64,000 nt of DNA from the IMG/VR virus record IMGVR_UViG_3300046542_000291, positions 246,397 to 310,396 of that record, one strand, 5' to 3'. Positions 36,211 to 45,111 of the stretch are shown piece after piece. Both the position numbers and the translations under genes were made by a program. The notes under the pieces were generated by a model. That model was not told the DNA's origin. It saw nothing but the letters and a program-made list of their open reading frames with translations, and searched no databases. How positions within the stretch are numbered: position 1 is the first letter of the stretch; every line of letters begins with the position of its first letter.

Positions 36211-37548
36211 TTAAGTGATACGGTTAGCCATGTCCCACTTGACTGTCTTCAGCGTAGAGGCGTGCATCTTCTTCATGAACAACGAGAGGAAGTTACCACC
36301 CACACCCGCAGCAGCAGCAGGAATACCGTTAGGGTTTTCAGCGAGGGATTGACCCGCGCAGACAGCACAGATGTTCTTTCCTTTACCCAAGATGCCTTTG
36401 TCAACATCTCGGCCCGATTTGCAGGACATAGGACCACGTACTTCGATCATCTTCCCAACAGACGCTTGAGCGATCTCGGGTGTGATGATGACTGTCTTAC
36501 CGTCGACAATCATGCCGTAACCGATAAGGCTATTGACACTGTAACCATGCACACGTGTTGGCATGCCGATGTGTGTGTTGCAGTCGTGTTCAGCAATCCG
36601 AACGTTACCCACCATCCGGTAAATCGTTTTAGTCGATTCACCACCGAGTGCTGTCTGTGCACCACGCCCGTAAGAACCTGCCCGTGTCGAGTTGTTCATT
36701 ACTGGTAGGTTGTCCATGTCAATCCCTTCTTCCAGGGATTTCTTAATGAACACCACCGAGGTACCGTCGGAGAATGGAGATTCACCACCGAACATGTAGA
36801 ACACTTTCTTACGGGAGCCTTCAGACTTGGACGAGGCTTTGTAGAACTCTTCAGCTCCATCACCAGCCAAGTGTTCGTCATCAAGCTTCTTCAGAACTTG
36901 CCCAAGCTCTGCAATCGCAGCTGGGTCAGTCAGACGGTCTTTGTTCTTCACCATCCATTCATCCCGAACCTTGTTACGGTCAGGGTGAGCCATCATTGAC
37001 TTCGGTGTAATAGAAGTCACCAGCTGATCTGCATATGCAGGGACCGCCAAGATGTGTTCAGCAAACATGTGGTATTGCCACACGTACACCTTGCCATCTG
37101 CAGCTGGGGTAACTGTATCACCGTCTTCCGGATCGTCGATCATGATGTCGAGCAGCCGACCTTCGATCTTGGTGATGTCGAAGTAACCAGCCTGGAACTC
37201 GAAGATGTCACCGAAAGGCAACACCAAACACAGGTGGTTTACAAAGACGTTGCCGTACGTGGTACGCAGTGGCTTGTCGCCTTTATAGTTGGCAATCTCA
37301 CCCGGTTGAAGAATGAACTCATCCCGGAAGTGCAGGGGAGCCCGATCAGGCTTGTAGTCTTCGATCTCATGGCGTTGACCAACGGGATCGTGGAAGTACA
37401 TCACACCGTCATCGATGACAGGCATGTACGGGTAATGCGCTGTGTTCCCACCGTCACTGTAAACGATGGTGAACAGCATGGTCATCCAATGTTGCTTCTT
37501 GTGAAGCCCATGCTGAATGCCGAGCATGAAATACTCACGGAGTTTCAT
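36211..37548 (-). CDS. virion RNA polymerase beta'-like subunit (phiKZ gp80-like)
   Basis: RAGSYGRGAQTALGGESTK (bridge-helix-like), EHDC, RGPMSCK and ICAVCAG zinc-site motifs of the beta' C-terminal part. Confidence 0.8.
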   Translation of the reverse strand: MKLREYFMLGIQHGLHKKQHWMTMLFTIVYSDGGNTAHYPYMPVIDDGVMYFHDPVGQRHEIEDYKPDRAPLHFRDEFILQPGEIANYKGDKPLRTTYGNVFVNHLCLVLPFGDIFEFQAGYFDITKIEGRLLDIMIDDPEDGDTVTPAADGKVYVWQYHMFAEHILAVPAYADQLVTSITPKSMMAHPDRNKVRDEWMVKNKDRLTDPAAIAELGQVLKKLDDEHLAGDGAEEFYKASSKSEGSRKKVFYMFGGESPFSDGTSVVFIKKSLEEGIDMDNLPVMNNSTRAGSYGRGAQTALGGESTKTIYRMVGNVRIAEHDCNTHIGMPTRVHGYSVNSLIGYGMIVDGKTVIITPEIAQASVGKMIEVRGPMSCKSGRDVDKGILGKGKNICAVCAGQSLAENPNGIPAAAAGVGGNFLSLFMKKMHASTLKTVKWDMANRIT

Positions 37549-38389
37549 TTACCGTCTCCAGCAATCGAGCGTAATACGGTTCGTTCGCTCGGTTCATTAC
37601 TTGGACAGTCCAATTGTCGTCGGAGTAGTCAGCAATGATTTCCTTTGTTTTACTGACAATCTCAGGAGCGGGTACGTTGGAGAACAATACCAACCCGAAG
37701 ATCTGTGCAGCTGCTTGTTCGGCATCGAGCTTATCCAGGGCTTGGATAGAGATCGTAACCAGGTTGTCGATGTTACCGCCGACACGTGTACCGGCATTGG
37801 CCAGCTCACGAACCATCGAGAAGGTTTCTTCCGGGGTGTTACGCAGGAAGTAGTTGATCAGCTTGATTCGCGATACAGGAGAGACAGCCTCTTCCGGAAT
37901 ACCACGGTACATGACTTGACGTTCCACTTCTTCTTTGATCGCCTTCATCAAGGCACGGTCTGCATCTTCGATCAAAGGCCACATCTCTTCAAAAGAAATG
38001 TCGGTGAACATCTGGCACATGTGGGCCAGGATCTCTTCGGGCATGTATTGCCCTTCGAACAACATCAGCAGCTGATCGGGGATGATGTAGTTGTTGAAGG
38101 TACTGAGTACTTCAACCATGGCTTGACGTTGGGCTTGGGTAGCCAAGTCACTCATGGTTACTCGGTGCTTCTTGAAGATATCGTTGTGGGCATACCAGAT
38201 GACGTCATCGATACGAGATAGTAACATCGCGTTATCTGAGATACCATCTTGGATCTCCACGACCTGTTGTAGTTCATCAAGGGCAGCTTGGTAGTCTAGT
38301 GACTCCAATGATGCTACACAGCTGAGGAGTACATCCTTACGCTCCTCAGTGATGAGAGGAGTCAGGATACTGTCCAGGATATATTGCAT
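37535..38389 (-). CDS. conserved hypothetical protein (phiKZ gp79-like)
   Basis: Overlaps the vRNAP subunit start; preceded by TATGTTA. Confidence 0.65.
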   Translation of the reverse strand: MQYILDSILTPLITEERKDVLLSCVASLESLDYQAALDELQQVVEIQDGISDNAMLLSRIDDVIWYAHNDIFKKHRVTMSDLATQAQRQAMVEVLSTFNNYIIPDQLLMLFEGQYMPEEILAHMCQMFTDISFEEMWPLIEDADRALMKAIKEEVERQVMYRGIPEEAVSPVSRIKLINYFLRNTPEETFSMVRELANAGTRVGGNIDNLVTISIQALDKLDAEQAAAQIFGLVLFSNVPAPEIVSKTKEIIADYSDDNWTVQVMNRANEPYYARLLETVNETP

Positions 38390-38419
38390 TTAAGCCCCCT
38401 AGGGGAAAGCGGTGATTAT

Positions 38420-38490
38420 TAACATACTGTTAAACGTTCAAGTACATGTTAAATTACAGTAAAAGTACTCTTGACTATCTAATTATGTTA
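38420..38490. promoter_or_regulatory. divergent candidate late promoters (TATGTTA on both strands)
   Basis: TATGTTA on minus at 38420-38426 and on plus at 38484-38490 in an AT-rich divergent gap. phiKZ late promoters have a TATG core. Confidence 0.55.
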
Positions 38491-38525
38491 ACTTATTCCC
38501 TCAAGCCCAAACTGGAGCTCGTATC

Positions 38526-39137
38526 ATGCAAGACCAAATCGCTGTTGCAACCAACGTCACCCGTACCGAAGAAGGCACCCTCGTCGTGGAACACACTACC
38601 CCTACCATTCAGGAAACTCTGTCTCCAGCAGAAGAGCTGAGCCTCATCACCCCGCTGTCTCCCGAATTCGAAACCCTGTCGATCGAAGACCAGTTCGCCA
38701 TCGCTGTCCAGGAAACCGGCATCGCCGCCGAGACCATGCTGCGTCTGACCGGCTGGGATATCCTGAACGGTTTGTTCAAAGCTTGCGCCAGCGGCCTGAA
38801 CAGTACCCAATTGTTTGTGCTACCCGTCCTGTCCGACTTGCCAAACATCCTGGCTAAGCTGGACGACCCACAGGCATTCGAATCTTCGTTCGACGCCCTG
38901 AAAGACGATATCGCGAACATGGCGCAAGCGCTTCGTATCGCATCGGCACAACACGTAGGTAAAGTCGGTATCCCAGAAGAAGGCGACCTCGAGAAGGTTA
39001 AGCTGCTCTCCCTGGAATACAGCAAAATCCAAACTCAAATCGAAAAGGCTGTACAGCCGCTGATGTTGGCTTTGATTGACACCCTGGAAGAAGCAGGTAT
39101 CAAAGACCTGTCGATCGGCGCTCCTGAACAGGCGTAA
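38526..39137 (+). CDS. hypothetical protein
   Basis: GGAG SD; highly biased codon usage. Confidence 0.7.
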   Translation: MQDQIAVATNVTRTEEGTLVVEHTTPTIQETLSPAEELSLITPLSPEFETLSIEDQFAIAVQETGIAAETMLRLTGWDILNGLFKACASGLNSTQLFVLPVLSDLPNILAKLDDPQAFESSFDALKDDIANMAQALRIASAQHVGKVGIPEEGDLEKVKLLSLEYSKIQTQIEKAVQPLMLALIDTLEEAGIKDLSIGAPEQA

Positions 39138-39149
39138 TGGAGTAACACG

Positions 39150-40892
39150 ATGTCCACTGTAATCCCTGATGATGACCAGTTCGCTGGTGAAACACCTAAT
39201 CCAGATTTGGCTGTTGCCATTGACTGGAACAATGTAGAAGAAGCCCCGACATACGAACTACCGACTGATGATCCTCAGTTCGTTGTTGATGATCGCCCTG
39301 TTGACTGGGACGCGATCAAGGATACACCTGAACTCCTCGAAGCTGCACCAGACAGCCGTACTCCGGCTGAAGTGCGTGGCTTCGAAAATGCACACGAAGT
39401 AGCCGAGCGTCTCGGCGGTGAAGACATCGGTGATGACGATGTCGACCAGGATAAAGAAGAACGCCCGGCGTTCGAACCTCAACAGAAGCGTGTGAACTTC
39501 ACCATCAAGCGTGCAGTGGATGGTCCAGCCATTCCAGCTGCCGCTGCCATCATCACGTTCATGCGTGAAAACCCAGAAACCTTCGAAGCGGTCATCGCTC
39601 ACCACGACGACGACATTGCTTCCATGGAAAACGGCGAGACCGTTACCACGGACAAGGACCTGGAATGGCTGGAACAATTGCGTCTGGCGATTGCCCACGC
39701 TGACATGAACGGTACGCCGCGTCGGGCTACCGAGCGTGAAGGTTCGCATTGGGTTCAATCGATGGAACACGAAGGCCGTTACGTAGGTCCTTCTCGTCCG
39801 AAGATGATCCTGGGTGATAAGCCTACCAAGGTTGAACTGCTGTCCTTCCTGACTCGTAAGTCGGGTATGGGTGCTACCCACGAATTCCCAATGCCGCACA
39901 CCGGTCTGTGGATTCGCATGCGTACGCCTACGAATGCTGAAGTTGTGTCGATGATCCAACGTCTGCAATACGTGGCTGTCCGTCTGGGTCGTGATACCAA
40001 AGGTCAAGGCTTCTCCAACCGTCAAGCTATCTACAACAACGCTCTGACTGACCTGGCTCTGTCGTGCATCACGCACTGCAGCTTCAAGTACAGCACACCG
40101 AGTGATATCGAAGATCGGCTGTCGGCACTGGACGAACCGCTACTGCACCACGGCCTGGCTACTACCATGTACCCAGGTGGCTTCAACTACAAGCACCCAT
40201 GTGTTGCTGACCCAACCAAGTGCAACCACGTTGAAGAAGCTAAGCTGGACATGTTCTCGCTTAGCTGGTACGACAACAGCTCGTTCAACCTGAAGCAGCG
40301 TCAACTGCTCAACGTTCGTTTCAGTCGTGAAGTCTTGGCTTCTGAACTGGCCGCGTACAAAGAGAACTCGGTTATTGGTCGGAGTCCCATCAAGTGGTTC
40401 GATCAGGTTGGTGTGCGCATGCGCGTACCTTCCATCGCTGAACGCCGTGAAGCTGGTCAACAGTGGATCGATGGTGTTGTTGAAATGACCCATGGTGCAT
40501 TCAACGAATCTCCGGGTGATGCCAACCGTGGTTCCTTCATTGACCGTCTGGGTCGTGTGACCAGTGCTCGTCAATACGCTCATTGGATCGACGCCATCTA
40601 CATCAAGGATGGGGACGATGAGTCCGAGAAGTTGCTCACCGAAGACCGTGAGGTTATCGATGAGTACCTGTCGACCATCATGTCCGATGCTCGCTTCGCC
40701 AAAGAGTTCGAGGAAGCGATTCTTCAGTTCATCGACGATAGCATCATCGCCATGGTTGCAATCCCATCCTTCAACTGCCGGGTGTGTTCATCGGAAGCAG
40801 CTCACAAGTTCCACGAGCGTTTCGATCACTTGATCCCACTTGATGTGATGTCGACGTTTTTTACGCTGGCGGGCCAGAAAGTCAACCAATAG
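39150..40892 (+). CDS. conserved protein, T4 gp26-like baseplate hub/tail assembly candidate
   Basis: Acidic N-terminus; two repeats of 'RxRxP(T/S)' plus Cys motifs (HPCVADPTKC, FNCRVC). Confidence 0.55.
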   Translation: MSTVIPDDDQFAGETPNPDLAVAIDWNNVEEAPTYELPTDDPQFVVDDRPVDWDAIKDTPELLEAAPDSRTPAEVRGFENAHEVAERLGGEDIGDDDVDQDKEERPAFEPQQKRVNFTIKRAVDGPAIPAAAAIITFMRENPETFEAVIAHHDDDIASMENGETVTTDKDLEWLEQLRLAIAHADMNGTPRRATEREGSHWVQSMEHEGRYVGPSRPKMILGDKPTKVELLSFLTRKSGMGATHEFPMPHTGLWIRMRTPTNAEVVSMIQRLQYVAVRLGRDTKGQGFSNRQAIYNNALTDLALSCITHCSFKYSTPSDIEDRLSALDEPLLHHGLATTMYPGGFNYKHPCVADPTKCNHVEEAKLDMFSLSWYDNSSFNLKQRQLLNVRFSREVLASELAAYKENSVIGRSPIKWFDQVGVRMRVPSIAERREAGQQWIDGVVEMTHGAFNESPGDANRGSFIDRLGRVTSARQYAHWIDAIYIKDGDDESEKLLTEDREVIDEYLSTIMSDARFAKEFEEAILQFIDDSIIAMVAIPSFNCRVCSSEAAHKFHERFDHLIPLDVMSTFFTLAGQKVNQ

Positions 40893-40915
40893 GTCATACT
40901 AACCATGACCCTAGG

Positions 40916-41383
40916 TTGAGCCGACTGTCCGTCGATCATAGCGACCCATCTGGGCATGCCACACTTTACAGCTTCGGCCGTGACTTGGGCAAGGCGGATG
41001 GGCACGTCATGAGGCTTCGTACAGAAGGTCCTGTCGTAAGACCAGCGATCGCTGAACGACTGCTCAGAACAGCGTATCAAACAGAGTACGGTATCTTCGA
41101 CCATCCTAACCATGGGAACTTCCCATTGGACTGTGTCAAGCTCCATCCGAAAGAAGACTTCATCGAAGGCGGCGCAGTGCGCAGCAACATGAGGAAGTTT
41201 GCACGGCTGGAGGTAGGTGACATCTTCAAAGTGTCCTGGAACGAGTTTAAGGATCTCCCCTTTGACGAAGCCCAGTTCATGTTGGAGTATGCTGAGTCAG
41301 CTTTCAACAGAAAGGCAAGCGACACCGGTACACTGACACGTCAGTTGGAACGAGACATGCGTCAGGCAGGTATCAAACCGTAA
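40916..41383 (+). CDS. conserved hypothetical ORF without a good start; probable -1 frameshift extension of 39150..40892
   Basis: TTG start lacks a spaced SD; the -1 frame is open from 40844 through the slippery site G_TTT_TTT at 40856-40862. Confidence 0.6.
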   Translation: MSRLSVDHSDPSGHATLYSFGRDLGKADGHVMRLRTEGPVVRPAIAERLLRTAYQTEYGIFDHPNHGNFPLDCVKLHPKEDFIEGGAVRSNMRKFARLEVGDIFKVSWNEFKDLPFDEAQFMLEYAESAFNRKASDTGTLTRQLERDMRQAGIKP

Positions 41384-41403
41384 CAAAAAAAATACGTCAT
41401 AAG

Positions 41404-41423
41404 GCCAGCCCCGAAGGGCTGGC
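41404..41423. terminator. bidirectional terminator
   Basis: gccagccc-cgaa-gggctggc flanked by cgtcataa / ttttatgtcg, between convergent genes. Confidence 0.85.
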
Positions 41424-41434
41424 TTTTATGTCGC

Positions 41435-41842
41435 TTAATGGATGTTGAAGAACTTACCGATACCCGCGATAGCCATGCTGATTCCTATTATCTCACCGAA
41501 GATTGTAGAAAAGGCGATAGCCATGCTTGTCTTCGACCCATAGACACCCTGCAGGTAGTTGAACATGCAACGTGCACTGTAACCGGTCAACGCGACACCA
41601 GCAAACATTAAAAGCAAGTACATGGTCTTTTCGGTGAATGGATTAGTGGGTGGACCGAGGATAACGATAGCTGCTGATACAAACGTACCAATGGCACCGA
41701 CCAGTGCAACCGAACCGTAGAAGATGGCTTTCTCGCGATAGCCTTGTTTCTTAGGTTGGGCTGCATACACGAGGGCGTTGACAAAACCACCACCCAACAT
41801 AAGGCAGAACAGCAGAGCGAGACAGCCAAAGAGAGATTCCAT
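41435..41842 (-). CDS. multi-pass membrane protein (about 4 TM)
   Basis: Four hydrophobic segments in 135 aa. Confidence 0.7.
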   Translation of the reverse strand: MESLFGCLALLFCLMLGGGFVNALVYAAQPKKQGYREKAIFYGSVALVGAIGTFVSAAIVILGPPTNPFTEKTMYLLLMFAGVALTGYSARCMFNYLQGVYGSKTSMAIAFSTIFGEIIGISMAIAGIGKFFNIH

Positions 41843-42085
41843 TTACATGATCCGGTAGCAGAATTGAATGGGGTGCATAAAGCACAAGATCGGTGTCAGA
41901 AGCAAGAAGACAACTAAGCCTAGCCATAGGCCACCGAAGACAAAGGTTATAAAGTCATAGCGTGGATCATTGTGGTCCATGTTGCTAACCACTAAAACCC
42001 AAATGCAGAAGAAAAGGATGATAGGCACCAGCAAACCAATGCCAGTACCCACCAGATAGTTACCGAGTGACAGACTAACCCCCAT
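41843..42085 (-). CDS. small 2-TM membrane protein
   Basis: Two hydrophobic helices; abuts its neighbours. Confidence 0.65.
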   Translation of the reverse strand: MGVSLSLGNYLVGTGIGLLVPIILFFCIWVLVVSNMDHNDPRYDFITFVFGGLWLGLVVFLLLTPILCFMHPIQFCYRIM

Positions 42086-42263
42086 GGAGATGCCTTAGGA
42101 GGCTTGTGACGCCACTTGTCAGAACAACGAGTACCAACGCACCGGCTAGCGGACACAGTATCCGAGAGAGGGCGGTGAGCTCTTTGTTGAACACGCTGAG
42201 AACCAAGATAAGGCCACACCCACCTACAGCGACGATGAGTAGGACTATGATTGCCCAAGTCAT
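42075..42263 (-). CDS. small 2-TM membrane protein (early)
   Basis: First ORF after a TATATTAC promoter; AGGTG SD. Confidence 0.65.
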   Translation of the reverse strand: MTWAIIVLLIVAVGGCGLILVLSVFNKELTALSRILCPLAGALVLVVLTSGVTSLLRHLHGG

Positions 42264-42281
42264 GATGCACCTATTTACTGT

Positions 42282-42325
42282 AGTGTATTCACAAAAGTAA
42301 TATAGGCCTTAAATCCACTTCAATT
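42282..42325 (-). promoter_or_regulatory. early promoter, extended TATATTAC motif
   Basis: Minus strand AATTGAAGTGGATTTAAGGCCTATATTACTTTTGTGAATACAC. Confidence 0.75.
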
Positions 42326-42545
42326 GTTCAACGATGATGGTAATGGCCAGCAGTACCACGGTGACGATGAACCATTTGAAACCTTTCTGAGCGCGCGTGT
42401 CCCACTTCTTCTTTTGCATGCGATTGATTTCTTCGTCTGCCCGGTTCCAACGCAACTCGTACTTGTCACGGTAGTGACAGCACACAAGGATGTAGATAAC
42501 GGCGATAACCATGAGTGTGAACGGATAGAAGGCGTACTGATACAT
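42309..42545 (-). CDS. small 2-TM membrane protein
   Basis: TM - basic loop - TM. Confidence 0.65.
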   Translation of the reverse strand: MYQYAFYPFTLMVIAVIYILVCCHYRDKYELRWNRADEEINRMQKKKWDTRAQKGFKWFIVTVVLLAITIIVEQLKWI

Positions 42546-42776
42546 TTAGATGTGTCCATTGATGGCGAGGATGATAAAGCATACACCGAAGCCCGCTAAG
42601 AAAGCAGCAGTGGCTACAGTGCATATGAGAGCGGTAAGGTACAACATGTAACGGTGAGCTACCCTGGGATCGTTTTCACCGTATAACTGCTCTAGCCGCA
42701 GTTGAGTGAACGCAGACCACACCAGGATACACAGGCTGATAGCAAACACAACTCCGACTACGATAAGCAGGTACAT
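42546..42776 (-). CDS. small 2-TM membrane protein (probable start MYLLIVV)
   Basis: AGGAG SD before the ATG at 42776. Confidence 0.65.
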   Translation of the reverse strand: MYLLIVVGVVFAISLCILVWSAFTQLRLEQLYGENDPRVAHRYMLYLTALICTVATAAFLAGFGVCFIILAINGHI

Positions 42777-42787
42777 TGGTTTAACTC

Positions 42788-43477
42788 CTATAGGTAGAAC
42801 CACTCCTTCCATTGAGGGAGATGGCTTCGAACTCGATGACGGATTACCTGACGCTCAGTGCCATAGGCCTTCGCTGCTTCACGCAATCCATGATAAACAT
42901 TGCCTTCGCAACTAATCTGTTTCTTGAGATGATCCTTTACTTCACTGGCTTTCTGTTTCAAGTCGTCTGGCACTGGACGACCCCGTCGTTTGGCTGCGCC
43001 CTTTTCAATTGACTCCCGACTACGCTTTATACCCATTAAAGCTTGGCTTATTTTAGAGCGGTGTTCAGGGGAACTTTTCGTTCCGGATCGCAATGTCCTT
43101 AGTTTAGCGAGTCTCTCTGGTGACATCTCCTCGGCATTACCGCCACCACCCCTCACATTAGAAGCCACGTTGTTAAGCAAGATTCCCTCAGCCTTGTACT
43201 TATCCGCTAACGCTTGCTCAAGATCGTAGGCGGTTTCTCGGTCGCTAACCTCGTAAACAACAGCGTACCAGTTAGGGCTTTCATCCACTAAACGTTGTAA
43301 CTCGGCAACATGGTGTCGACGATGTTTCAGCATCGATTTATGGACTGCTAAACGGTGCCCAACTTGCGATGAGCTACCCACGTACTTCATTCCGGAATCA
43401 CGATGAGTAATAATGTACGCTCCACAGAAATGTACAGTTGTGAGGAGTGGACCCTCGTATGGAATTAGATCATTCAT
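42788..43477 (-). mobile_element. free-standing GIY-YIG homing endonuclease with NUMOD3/NUMOD1-like DNA-binding repeats (probable start MNDLIP)
   Basis: GAYIITHRDSGMKYVGSS...RLAVH, a catalytic-type LEQ, SPEHRSKISQALMG and GNVYHGLREAAK; GAGGA SD. Confidence 0.85.
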
Positions 43478-43498
43478 TTCATCCTCTGACGACATAAA

Positions 43499-43514
43499 GT
43501 GGCCCGAAGGCCAC
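43499..43514 (-). terminator. terminator hairpin, cUUCGg
   Basis: gtggcc-cgaa-ggccac followed by TTTATGTCG on the minus strand. Confidence 0.7.
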
Positions 43515-43520
43515 CTTAAG

Positions 43521-45056
43521 TTAAGACACACGGCGCACCACGGTTTTGTTGCATTTTCCTTCGAAGTGCTCGCTCTTTCGGTGATGGTACTTCACTTGCT
43601 GGGGGATGTTGATGCAGTACGTGTAGGTGAATCGAGGAGTGATGTCAGGGTACAACTTCAACTTCCTCAAACGCCCAGCGATCTGAATGTTGTCCTTCTT
43701 CGAGTCCGTGCTATGTAGCAGCAAGCACTCACGCAAGTTGGGAATGTCCACCCCGGTACCAGACGACTTCATTGTCGAAACAGTGATGTTGTTCGTCAGG
43801 AGTCTTTCATATGGACATCCCGAGACGTGCTCGTTAATGACCAGGTCTGGAAGATGTTCCTTCAGATACTTCACCAACTGTTGAATGAACACAACCGTCG
43901 CACACAGCGTTAAGCATTTCTGCTCGGGCAGCATGTCATTGACGAATATGCCATTCAAGATCCGAAGCACCATGGTGTTGTAGATTGCCAGGCGCTTCTT
44001 GTTCTTCATCATCTCCGTTTCGTAACGCATGTGGTTATACGTGTTCTTGTACGGAGTGAGGTAATCTTTCGGTGTGACTGTGGGGTCACTGTACATTAAC
44101 GCCATGACGTCGATGTACACGTCGTAGTTCGGGAGACGACACGCGGTGATCGGAGGCAACATCACCTCAATCATTTTGGTCACGTATGCGTTGCCCGTGT
44201 ACGGCGTTGCCGACAGGTAGATCTGTTTTGCCACGTTGGTGTAGATGTCAATCCGGAACACCAACCCAGGGTCTTCCTGGATCTCATCGTTGATCTGCAG
44301 GCCAACCTTCAACACCTCGTGGAAACGCGGTGGTGGAACGTTATAGCCTACGGTGTGGAGATTACCGCCCAGTCGCTCGAAAGCTTCTATATAGCCACGG
44401 TACGTCACCTGAGACATGATGATAACGTCGATCCCATCAAGATCGTCATTCATGCCTCGATCAATCAACTTCTGCAGTTCAGCCGAACCAGAGCAGGTCA
44501 TGAAACGACCGTAGATGTCTTCGTAGACATCCTGCAACGCCTCTTCCCAGATACCGAAGTACTTAGGTGGAACCATCACGAGCGTTCGACAACTTAATCC
44601 AGGATCAGCAGCAGACGCCAGAGATGTCAGCGTCTTACCTTTACCAGTTTGCAAGTCCACCCGAGCAGAACGAACCAGAGGTCTCAGGATATCTTCTTTA
44701 ATGATTTCCTGATAGTCATGCAGCGTGAACTTCTCTTTGACCCTGAACAGTGCTGGCTTTGCAGCAGGTACCGCAATGTCTGTGACTTCGATGTATTCCT
44801 TCGAGATACCGTTGTTCGCCAGATGGTTAACCAACGCATCATAGCAGTTCCGGTGAATGAACACCTGTCGGTGGTCATCCGTAATCCCGTAGTACTTCTT
44901 CTTAAGTTCCATGATCATTCGACCACGTTCCTTACGGGGTTCCTTCAACATTAAAGTTTCTAGGTACCCTTGCATCTTGTACAGTGTGTCGCGGTTGTAA
45001 CCAGATAGTCTTACGCCATGCGAATAACGCTCTGCTTTTATTAACGGTTGAACCAT
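43521..45056 (-). CDS. SF2 (RAD25/UvsW-like) helicase (phiKZ gp75-like)
   Basis: LQTGKGKT (Walker A), DEIQ, LSATP, GTGVDIPNL and QIAGRLR. Confidence 0.9.
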   Translation of the reverse strand: MVQPLIKAERYSHGVRLSGYNRDTLYKMQGYLETLMLKEPRKERGRMIMELKKKYYGITDDHRQVFIHRNCYDALVNHLANNGISKEYIEVTDIAVPAAKPALFRVKEKFTLHDYQEIIKEDILRPLVRSARVDLQTGKGKTLTSLASAADPGLSCRTLVMVPPKYFGIWEEALQDVYEDIYGRFMTCSGSAELQKLIDRGMNDDLDGIDVIIMSQVTYRGYIEAFERLGGNLHTVGYNVPPPRFHEVLKVGLQINDEIQEDPGLVFRIDIYTNVAKQIYLSATPYTGNAYVTKMIEVMLPPITACRLPNYDVYIDVMALMYSDPTVTPKDYLTPYKNTYNHMRYETEMMKNKKRLAIYNTMVLRILNGIFVNDMLPEQKCLTLCATVVFIQQLVKYLKEHLPDLVINEHVSGCPYERLLTNNITVSTMKSSGTGVDIPNLRECLLLHSTDSKKDNIQIAGRLRKLKLYPDITPRFTYTYCINIPQQVKYHHRKSEHFEGKCNKTVVRRVS

Positions 45057-45111
45057 ATAAAAATTAACGTGTTGCCAGGGACCCGAAGGTCCCCGACGCT
45101 ACGCCCTCCGC

